A DNA stretch of 64,000 nt from Klebsormidium nitens (taxonomy: Eukaryota; Plantae; Klebsormidiophyceae). The stretch is from positions 100,568-164,567 of the forward strand of contig DF237068.1 in assembly GCA_000708835.1 (NCBI GenBank). Direction: 5' to 3'. Shown here in pieces: positions 35,306 to 46,023 of this stretch (positions are counted from its first letter, which is position 1; the number at the start of each line of letters is the position of its first letter). The translations under genes and the position numbers were made by a program. The notes under the pieces were generated by a model that searched no databases, was not told the origin of the DNA, and worked only from the letters and a program-made list of their open reading frames with translations.

Positions 35306-38300
35306 ATGGCACATGTCCAGGGGCAAGCACAAACCTGCTCATTCATATCTGGAGCCTTTGTATTGAATCCTGCGCCCCCACCAAGTAAACTGAGCTATAA
35401 CCTCTTTGGAAAAGACTCGCAAGCAGTTTGGCCTGAGCTGGACCTCTGCCAAGTCTGACAGAATCAAAGGAAATATGCTCTTATAACCCCACCAAGAGAT
35501 TACATGCACACTTACAAACCTGCCTTACGTTCCTTGAAATCTTGAAGATGCGCAATAACCGGGCACTTGTCGCATCAATACAGATTTGGCGAAGCGGAAT
35601 GAGTAGGTCTGATCACTGTACATCGAAATGCAATAAAGGTATTCACTGCACAGAATTCAGCTCAACAAGTGCTGAACCTCCTCTTTCTGGCAGCATGCAC
35701 CTGGCGAGGTCATCCTCTACAATACAGCCCGGAGTTCTTGTTCCTGGAGAGTCAGGACCGGTCTGCATTTCAAAGGTTAACCCCCATAACCTTTCTCAGC
35801 AATGGAGGCTCGGTTATTGCTCTAGCTCAGTCCTATTTTAATGTCTCTGCCAATCGTGAGAGAAACGAGATGAGATTGCGCTTGCAGACCAGTACTTATC
35901 TGGAAAGACCGCTGAAGGGTTGGAATAACTGTGCTCTAGAAACCGCAGGAAGGATGAGATACCTCCTACCGCGCTCTCCTGTGTTGTTATAAGAGTTAGG
36001 ATTCTCCTCGATCTTAGCCTCCCAATATTATAAGGAGAATCTTTTGCATGCTGTCCAGTGACCCGGCGATGAGCAGGCTTCATATATACCGCTAAGCTGG
36101 TGGCCATATGATCTGCCCTACATGTCTATGCATCCAGATTGCTTTGACTAGTGTCAAGCATGAGGAACTGGCAACATGACAGATTTTGGCACGTGTGGCG
36201 CAAAAGGACTCAAAAGGCGTCTCAGGCCTGTGTTCTAACCTACTCTTCTCATAAGCAAACACGTCGGATGACACTAGCCCTATCATCTAATAACTGGTAC
36301 AAATCGTTTCACACATTACTGACTCAATGATAAGTCTTTGTTGGCAGGGATAAGATACACATATGTGAACTGTGACAGGGCTGCGGGGGAGACAGCAACG
36401 CCAGGCATGTCTCAAACTCCTTTTTCACCTGTCTTCTTAATTTATGATGATGAGTTCTTTTATTTCGGTGTCTGAGGATTATCTATTGCACATTGGCCAG
36501 ATTGGGAGAAAGAGTATCCAAGTTTCGTGTTTGGAACCCTTACTTTCATCTCAACTCCGCCTCGTGAAGTCAGAATGAACATACGATGAGTCCGCGCTGA
36601 ATCTCAAGGTCATCTAAGAAGTATGTACAGGAGCATCCTTCTTATTTGACCGGCCTTTGATCTGAAGTCGAGACGTTTCCTGGCCGTTGCAGAGTTCCTG
36701 GCGATCAATCCGATGAAGCAACTCCCGGCGCTGCGCATCGACGGCCACACTCTCTCCGAGTCAGTGGCGATTCTAGAGGTGAGTGCTGTCATTCCCAGCG
36801 CTGCTTCGGGAGCGATGGTCCTCGAATGAGTTCTGTAATAGACTGTAGAATGAAGAAAATTTTTGAGTCCATGACTCGAGAAGGACTTCAGAGGGAGAGC
36901 GATGTGAAGCTTTGATGCTTTGCTAGCTTGCAGAAAGAGAATGAGGTCAGGCAGATGTCAGCTTCTGCTCTCAGCTTTCTGCTTCCCACTTAAAGTGCTC
37001 CAGGGTCGAACCGGTGGCAGTATTTCGGCTCTTTGTCCCCGGCAGTCTCCGACAGCATCTGAATAAGACTAAGCACAGTTTCCCTTTTGCCCCTTCGTTG
37101 TAGCTGAGAGATGCGACGCGGTATTTCGAAAAGCAGTTTGCTATAGCTGACGTATAAGCGGCTCATTTGCTGACGCAGTACTTGGAGGAGGTTTATCCGG
37201 ACCCGCCTCTCTTGCCGAAAGCTCCAGAGGACCGAGCGATTGTACGTAAGGTGAGTTTCGTTGATGCGGACGTTGAAAACTCATTAAGCCCGGTGTTTGT
37301 CAGGTTTGGATTTCACCCGCAGGTTACCTTAAACTGGAACCAGGTTCTAGGGCTGCGATTGACTGTTCAGTCAGTGGTAGCACTCCGAGGCTTGGACTGG
37401 GGGATTTGTTACGTGTGCTGATCCGAAGTTTTGGGAGATTTACCAAGCTTCTATAAGCATCCTGAATTGAGCACAGAAAATCCTAAGCTCGTCGTCTTGA
37501 ACCTTGTCGGGACGTTTTTACCCTAACAAAGCGTTCCTTCGTTCAGCACGGATGATCTAGAGTTTTAACCGCTACAACCCGATGAAGTAGGCGCACACGT
37601 TGCTTTGCCTCTTTTGCATCATAAGGCGACCGAAGGGCAACCAGAACCTCGGTAGAGAGCCTGTGATTGTCGCCTTTCTGCAGTTGGTGGAGACGATAAA
37701 TGCGGGGACGCAGCCTCTGCAAAACACCTACGTCTTGGTAAGGAGCCATCTCAAAATGCGCTCCAGGTCTGTGTGCTGTGTCCAGACAGTGAGACCCACT
37801 TTGGGGCAATGAAGGAGACCGTGTCAAATCGAATTACCAGAGTCGGTCTATTCGTCAGGCGAGTTTCTTTGCAAACAACCTCTTGCGTCGAACTATTGAA
37901 CCGGCTGCTCTTTTTCCAAACCAATCTGTTTCTGACTCTTTCAGTTTTCCCAAGTAAGGAATTTTGGCTCAAATGAAATCCGAGAGACTTGCGAGCAGGA
38001 AGGTCTGCTTGCCAGATTCTTTTGGTCCCTCTTTTTCTCGCTTCGCATTTTGGTTCTCTTGCTTTCAATCTTCTGTTTCTCTTCACTTTATTTCCCCTGG
38101 CCGCAGCCTTTTGGTTCTTAACGCACGACTGGAGCGACTCGCGATTCGACATCGTTACTTGATCCAGTTTAAACGTTGAGTGCAGTCTTGCGGCCATTAC
38201 GAAACAGAAATCGCTCTGCGATTGCAGGAGACGCTCGTCGAGATGTACGGACCAGGGGCTGACGTCATGTGGGCGGAGAAGTGGATCCGGAGGGGCCTCC

Positions 38301-40224
38301 AAGGTACAGTCACGTGTCCATTTTGCATTGGCCCGAACGGCCGCATGCTCGCAGACTGCGGACAGTCTCTGCAGACTTTGGACAGTCAGACGAGAAGAGA
38401 CGACTGCAAAAAAAAAAACGTAATGTGTCCAGATGCGAACAGGCACTGTCTTGCGCGATTCAAGCCGATGTAGATGAAGTCGCCACGTTATATGAGCAGA
38501 AGCAGTCAAAGTCGTCAGCCTTTACTGGCAGCACCGTCCTGAATCTCTCTAAGGGCGGAAGCACAGCAACCGCTGAAGTAGGTTTTATGGGAATTCCAAG
38601 GACCAAGCGACGATGTCAGGATTCGCGATTCTGCTTGTGCTTTTATCTTCCGAAAGAACTGCAATGACAAGTCTTTTCCTGCAAGCTTCAATGTCGAGGT
38701 TCGTCAGCTTGTGTGTCCATCAGCTTCGTGCTCGTCTTCTTGCTCGCATCTTCCGTGTAAGTTGCCGGGCCGTTCTCTTGTTGCGTCGAAAAAGAGGCCG
38801 CTCAAAGGACCCGCTTATCAAGGAGAGAGTAATGCACGCTCTTCCGGCTGTCCTTCCATACAGCGTGATACCGAGTATATGCAACTCGTGCGTCCACAAT
38901 GTTCCACCTACTCATGTGCCGAATGGTGGTATCGTAAAAGCTGCCTGCTGAAAGTTTGCTCGTTATTGTTGCAGCTTTTGAGGACATCATCTCCAAGACG
39001 GCGGGCAAGTGCTGCTTCGGCGACTCCCTTACCATGGTCAGCCGCCATTCTGTCGCCGTTCTCGTTACACAGGCTTCTCTAGTCACGCTGGCTGTTATTG
39101 GGTTCCGAACAAGCTTCAAGTTTGCGCTCCGTCATATAAGCTCCACCGTATGCAGAAAAGTAGCACATTTGTGGAACTCTGGTTACCCTCTTCCTGCCGA
39201 TATACACTATGAAAGCCTCTCTTGAAAGCTTGCGTGGCTTCGAAGGACGTGTGTCTTCACCCGCTCAGCTCAGAAAACGTGTGCAGATAGATATGAAGTC
39301 TAGCTGCGAGGATAGAGGTTGACGCTTTTTCTAACAATTGAGTTGAGACCGGTTCAAACCAACTTCCAGTTGAGCCAGTCCGTGCGACGCTTTTGGACGC
39401 TGGAAGGACAGACGCCCCCGACGTTCTTTTTTAACAGCATGTTGCAAGGTTTTTATGCATCTATTAAGTTTTTTATTTTCTTAACTTGAGGGATTTCTTT
39501 TCTGCTGCAGGCTGACGTCTTCCTCATTCCGCAACTGTACAACGCACATCATCTCAATATCGATCTCGTGAGTGCCTCTGACTCGCATCTTAAGCGGATT
39601 CTTGTCGGAAGTTCCGGCGTATACAATTGATGCTCCTTCAGACATTGCGGTACAGTGGACTTTCCCCGACCGAGCTCTCGGCAGAAGACTTTGCGGATGA
39701 TTACTCATGGTTTTGATCTGAGCGCGAGGGCGTGGAAGCCATGGCATGCCAATACTGGTTCTCATTTCTATCATTTTAGCAAGTACTTACTCCCCAATCG
39801 CATGTCTGTGCGTCGGTAAACTTTTGTTCGCAGATACGATCCAAGGCGCTATAGCTGGTAGTCGGGAGTTTCTTAGGCACTTTAGTCTTCTTTGTTACGT
39901 AGCCTGTTGTGCAAAAAGGATGCTGGCAGATCATTGCCCTGATAGCATTTCATCTGTATGTCGCACGAAATTAATCTCCGGCAGAGCGTTGAATTAGGTT
40001 TGCCTTTTTTACTAACTTTTCATCCGCTCCCGTTGCAAGAGAGCGCTAAACGCAATTGCGGAGTCGGAAAGCATCTGCGTATTGTTGGGCGCCAATCGCA
40101 TACTCGTTTCTTTCTGCAGAGCGCTTATCCCACTTGCCTGCGCATCGAGAAAGACCTGGGAGCGCACGCCGCCATCAAAAGCGGGAGGCCGGAAAAGCAG
40201 CCGCTCCCGCCGCACAAGCACTAG
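35306..40224 (+). CDS. GSTZ: Glutathione S-transferase zeta / maleylacetoacetate isomerase, 9-10 exons
   Basis: Exons 35306-35452 (tentative), 35694-35775 (VILYNTARSSCSWRVRTGLHFK), 36348-36404 (GC donor), 36693-36778 (EFLAINPMKQLPAL), 37179-37250, 37684-37737 (AGTQPLQN), 38228-38303, 38975-39036, 39511-39567 (ADVFLIPQLYNA), 40120-40224. Intron positions match the plant GSTZ pattern as I recall it. Confidence 0.88.
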
Positions 40225-42157
40225 CCGGCGTTCCGCTTCCGTCACGTTCCGTTCCGTTTTGGCTGACCGACGCGGAGGACCGCTGCAGCGTTGCTGTTGT
40301 GACGTTCCACATCATCAAAGTTTGAACAAAAAGAGCTAGAGGCCATGTTGTAGCTTGCGCACGCAACAACAGAGTTGCTGCCAGCATGGCTGATAATGCT
40401 CGTGTTGAGGTCAAGTGTTTGAAAGGCACCCATACCGACGGCTTTGCGAGATAATGCTCGACTCTGTCCATTAAGTGATTAAGTCGCTACATATTCTGCC
40501 GGCTTTGCGGAGCAGAAAAGCGTAGGCTTACTAGCTTGGTTGGCCCGCTTGGTCTTCATGGTTTGTAATGTCCAGGACATTCGATTTTAGCCAGCCCTCA
40601 GAGAGTGTACATTAGCAGCCGGGGTGCAAATCTCGATCAGGACGGTCATTAAGCCAGACGAAAGATTGAGCCAGTTGCTGGCACGATCCGATCAAGAACC
40701 ACGTGACTATAACCCAGTTAGCGACCATTTCCGAGCTTAGTTGTGTTCATTGCATGTAGGGGCGGCCGCGCGGGGTTGAACAGGACTCGCAAGCTCCCAC
40801 GTCCATTGAGGGCGCTGTTACGAAACTCATTTGCTGACAAAGAGTACGCCGGGTATCCCATTTCAACTACTCAGGCATCATTGAGACGGTCCCGGTAGGC
40901 ACGTAAACGGCTAGGTCCTACGTGCGGGGCCCGCCGCTTTTGAGCCCGAGTCAAAGCATGAGCGGACTCCGGGATCCGACGGTCACGGTCTCGCGTGGGC
41001 GCTAGCACCGGCCTATGATTATTGGCTGTCACTACGTACATATGAACTTACGGTTGTGTCATGAGGTTATTCACAAACTTTTGCAGCATCATCATGGCAG
41101 TGGATCAAAATTGCACGTAGTTTTTCAATGGAGTCGAGTCCCGGCACTCGCGATCAAGTAATGCAAAGCCAGCAAAGGTACACTCTGCCTGTCACGTTAC
41201 TTTGCTAGCTCACTGGCACTTATCTTTTCTTTTGGCGGCAGAGCCTGTATATACTTAAGGGGACATTGAAGGCAGCTGCGCAATGTTCAAGATTGTACTC
41301 AATCAATTGTACGTCCTGCCACAAATTATAATGAGGGCCCGTCATCGTAGTCCCGCGGGGCCGGGCGCAAATGACGGCCGGGGTTCATGAGGGTTTGAAG
41401 GTTTCATGTGGCTGTGCGGGTCCGGTCAGCAGGGTGCCCCGAATGAAAGCGCCCCGATTCAGACAACCTCATCTGAGACCATGCAACTTGCGCTGCGCAA
41501 CTTTTCCGAACATCAGCAAACCAGACAGCGTTTGCCGGCCCGCTCAACATGCACAGATCAATAACCTGCTGCTTGAAAGGCTCAGCGAGAATGCAAGTGT
41601 CACAGGGTGTGAAACAGCTTCGTGCAGATCGAAGCGCTGACGATGTTACGTGCCGATGTCCGTACAGGGACGGAGGCTACGACATAACATCGCACGTCTG
41701 AACGCTGCAAAATCGACATATCGACAGACAGGGTCTGCTCCGCGACCTGTCTTTCAATCAAGACACGTGCCTTCTGCTCCGGGAGGCGTATTTCAGTTAA
41801 GACACATGCATGCTCTAAAAGGCCTCCACGTAAGTAGATTTGAGCGAGCGCTGACTGCTCAGAGATTCGTAGACTCCCCATATGCATCTGGACTGACAAT
41901 CTGTCAACGCTTCGAAGCAGCTTGCCCCACTGGCACCCTAACAGTGACCGATCCAAAACACCTTCGTCTATTCTAGCGTCTGTCCTGCTCCTTTGTTTCG
42001 TCTGAGCTGCAGAATATCAATGTCAATCTCAGGGAGTCTTCCTCCACGCTCAAAAGGAAAGCAGCCCTCAAACATTGAACTCTCGCTCCTCTTTTTGGGC
42101 AGGCTCGCTTTCTAGCTTCTCAGACATCTCCCTTTCTATAGCTCCCACCTTTCGATC

Positions 42158-43308
42158 ATGGTTTGGTTCGACCGCTTCTCGCAGCAGGACGACTACCAGC
42201 AGTCCCCCCATGCGGCGCTCTACGACAATCGCGAGAAGGAGCACAAGTCAGAATGGACTCACGAGCTGGTCGGAGGCGCCGCTGGCGCTGAGGCCATGAG
42301 GCTGTACGAGCAGCGCGAGGAGGCGGAAGGACAGGCGCCGGACCACCAGGTCGCAAAGGAGATCTTAGCGGGCCTTGCTGGAGCTGAGGTATGCATGACG
42401 CATCTCTCGAGGCCTAAGCAGTATGCTACATGTAGGGTCATGCACCGGCAGGGGAAAGTTTATGGTCTAAAGGTTCTAGTGTTCATGGTGTTCATCGCTG
42501 ATTTGTCAATGTCAGGTTTCTGAACAATTATTCATAGAGAAGGCATTCTGTGTTGACTCCTGAAGCAGTAGCTGTCCAAGTGGCCCGGGTGCTTGGATCC
42601 TGAATGTTGAAAGGAAGAAGCTTGGATGCAATTCCTTTGAGGTCTGGATTCAGAAGGCCTTGTTTGAGGATGATCCTTTGCATATTCTGCATCTTTTTCA
42701 TCTCAGGATATTTCCCCCTAAGCCCTCGTAATCTAGAGTAACCGTCACTCTTGTGCTGATCCTCTCTAAGAGACCTTTATCTGTACGGGTAGCGTCCTGC
42801 CTGATGCTTCGACCTCAATTGGTTCACTTCAATTCTCTGCAACTCTCACACCGCTGATGCTCTCGTGTTTCTGTCCTGTGTTACCTGGTGTAGGGATTGT
42901 GAAATTCCGCTTGGTTTCCGTCAATCGAGTGTTCAATGTCTGCTCTGTGCGCTTTTCTTTATACATTACAGCCAGCGCTCATCACACACTTTGTCCTGAA
43001 CATATTTCCTGTCCATGAAGTTTTTTGGGTCGACATGACACATCTCTAGTGATCGTAAGTGGAGTTCTGGAGCATGCAGGCAATTTATGTCGGACCCATC
43101 TCACTGCACAATATCCTATGAGCGATTGTGCAGGCAGCTTCAAACTAACACTTGATTAATTTGAGGTTCTCCGCCACTCAATTTGCAGGTGGATAAGCTC
43201 TTCGAGACCAAGGGGCTTGACTACATCGATCGCGAGAGAGCAAAGCACCGCGCCAAGGAGCAAGCTCGTCAGCTCTACGATCAGCATTACGGACAGAGCG
43301 ACTATTGA
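42158..43308 (+). CDS. cipC: CipC-like / DUF3759 protein, 2 exons, 116 aa
   Basis: Exons 42158-42388 and 43189-43308 give EHKSEWTHELVGGAAGAEAMRLYE...AKEILAGLAGAE|VDKLFETKGLDYIDRERAKHRAKEQARQLYDQHY, matching the fungal CipC consensus. Confidence 0.9.
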
Positions 43309-44611
43309 GGACGAGTCTGGAGCGCCCAGAACCTTGAAGTAACTCATTGTCTTCTTGATTTTTGAGGATCGGAACCAGTGAAAACGCAATGTTGCTTCGC
43401 TTGTAAGGAGAGGAGACGAGTCTGCATACTTCTTTTAAGCCTGAACTGTAGCCGCGTAGAAAACACGTAGTTGTTCGATATTCCTATCATGTACCTCGAA
43501 CACATGTGCGCAAAGACTATCTCCGTCTTTTCGAATGGTGCAGCCGTCGTCCAGGACGTGTCGCGGATACAAGCGTTTCGTTCATAACTTAGAAAACTTG
43601 TTTAAGAAGCTTTTGGGCATGATGGCATACAATCAAATCGAACCTGGTTAGGTAAGGGCCAAAGACACGACTTCATGCATGCACATGTTCCGGATTTAGA
43701 TTTGTGAAAAAAAAACTCATTCATCCCGACTGAGTGACGTGCACACCTGACTCGCTCAGCCCTCGTCAGCTGCTGTCCTACTCAAGGCTTGAACGGACAC
43801 CGAATCGTACTCGTGCACAAGAAGTGTCGCCATTTGATGCTCTCACTTTGACGTGCTCTAGAAAGAACATGCTGATGAAACAGATTGCTACAATAGGCGT
43901 GATGAAGGCAGGAGAGCTGCTTACGACTGTGAATCATGAGCCAGTCCGCTATGTGCATCTCTTGTGAACCGCCCATACTAAACATGTTGCAATATGGAGC
44001 ACCGATTGAACCCAAGCTCGGGTACTTTTCGACTCAGTGCCCGTTGGAAAGTAACATTTGAAATCGCAAAGTTGCACCGAAGGTTTGAGTTCTTCGTCGC
44101 TGCACCGGTGCTACTACTTTTATAAACCAAAACCACCGGTACTACTTTTCCTTGATATTACTGAGCGCTTTGGCTTACGCTGTTGCCTGAATTCAGTTTT
44201 CGCTCCGATGACCAAGCTAGGCTTTGAGCAGTGGATCCGTAAATAGAAAGACCCTTGGGAAAGTCCCCCCCCCAACATCACAAGATCAGGTACAATACAG
44301 ACGTCAAGCAGGTTTACTATGCAATCCTCGAGCTTCTACTTCCCAATGTACCACCCATTCCTACATGCAGTCTGAAAGGACCCTAAGGACGAGGTACCCC
44401 TTCTAGATGGTGCGTCAGCATTCAGGCGGAGCTTGACTATACATGAGTTCAATGCAAATCTCTGAGTGACACTAAAGTAGGATTCTCAACTCGGAGGAAT
44501 ACCTGCTCCGCACCCCTGCTATTCTCCCTAGTGCCCCATCTAAAGCTGCCCGTTCCAGTACGGTACTATCTTCATCTATTTTGGCTTGTCATGATATCTC
44601 TTGACGTTGGC

Positions 44612-45328
44612 CTAATCTTGCGCAGCCTCATACAAGCGCCTGACATTCTCCTGAGCCAGTCGCCCCCCCGGCCGAAAGCGGTACTTCAGGTACTGCTCCC
44701 GGATGATCCTCGCTGCCCTTCTCTTCCGCAGCAAGCGGATCCTGCACGCCCTTTGTATCACCTTAGCAGCGCGTTCTTTCCTCAGCTCCATCAACCGGAA
44801 CTTGGTTCTCAGAATGCTCATACATGTGTCGTACTCTGGCCAGTCGGAGTCCCTCCCTCGCGGCCAAATAGTAGCGAAGACCACGTCACGCATGGCACGT
44901 TCTACCTTCTCAAATTGGCACACCTGGTCTGGAGCTGGAGTGTACTGAAGAAAGAGGACTGTGACGAGCTCTAACACCTTTGAGGGGCCCCAGAGCTTCT
45001 GACTGGTTACAATGGTCCTGATCAGATTCCGTATTTCCGAGAACCATGTGACTTGAAGCCAGTCTCGATCCATATCATCTTCTGCTTCGAGTTGCTTCAG
45101 CTCCGGTCCGGCAATTATCAGTTCAAAAATAGACTTCAGAATGCAGGAGGGAAACACCTCCGTCCTCAGATGCTCATATGCTCTCTGGCACCTGATAAGT
45201 TGCTGGATTTCTTGAATCGACGCAGGGCTCAGGTTCTGCAGCCTCCGTATCTCTGTCTTCAAGCGCTGCCGCTCCGCTTTGTGCGGCGCCTGTGAGCGTT
45301 CAATGATGTCATAGACTGCCAAAGCCAT
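44612..45328 (-). CDS. Intronless hypothetical protein (238 aa) with C-terminal IQ-like motifs
   Basis: Single ATG-started ORF with helical, protein-like composition. AAKVIQRACRIRLLRKR is followed by AARIIREQYLKYRFRPGG. Divergently oriented to the DUF3685 gene. Confidence 0.65.
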   Translation of the reverse strand: MALAVYDIIERSQAPHKAERQRLKTEIRRLQNLSPASIQEIQQLIRCQRAYEHLRTEVFPSCILKSIFELIIAGPELKQLEAEDDMDRDWLQVTWFSEIRNLIRTIVTSQKLWGPSKVLELVTVLFLQYTPAPDQVCQFEKVERAMRDVVFATIWPRGRDSDWPEYDTCMSILRTKFRLMELRKERAAKVIQRACRIRLLRKRRAARIIREQYLKYRFRPGGRLAQENVRRLYEAAQD

Positions 45329-46023
45329 CTTTGGAAGGTGTGAGCGCCCTGATGTAGATCAAAACGTCCAGGTCGCGGTGCAAAACTGTCCCAGAAGGAT
45401 ATAAGCAGCTATTAAGCTGATAGATGGTTGCTGGTTGCGACATGCATCACGCGGCGCGTGCAGCGGTGTGGAGGCCGACGCGCGCTGCCCGCCATGTGCG
45501 GGAGGGGTTTCAGGGTTCCGAGATTCAGAGACTTGAAGTTGAAACCTTTACCGATGCCAGATGCTGAGATGGTTACCAACGCATTGACTCAACCTTCACA
45601 TGCATGCAGTTCAAATTTCCACAGACTGTCTTAGGCTCGCAGATACTGAGATAGGAGTATGCAGGAGTATTGGCCCGATCAGCAGCTGTACAAGCGCCAA
45701 TTGAAGTGCTGCAAATGTTCATTGATAGCTTCTTAAAACGTGGAGTGATTGCAATTTTCATTTCATCGGACGCTGCGCAATTGCCCGAAAGTAGGAGACC
45801 AGTCTCCTGAGTACTGGCAGGAGTTAGAGCTCTTCAATCAATAGCGGTGCAGTTAACAATGCATTGTGGATTCCAGCCAATGGCAGAGCGAACTGCCCTT
45901 TTTCTGGTACCCTGCAATTGACGTGGAATTTGTCAGAGCTCTTCCAATTGAATGGCACTTTCCAGTGGCTTTGCATCTCATGCCTACCTTCAATCTGGGG
46001 GCCAATAGGGAGCCAATCTAACA

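Noticed and set aside
37751-38509. 252-aa minus-strand ORF
   Set aside because: Non-ATG start, no recognisable motifs, antisense to GSTZ introns and exon.
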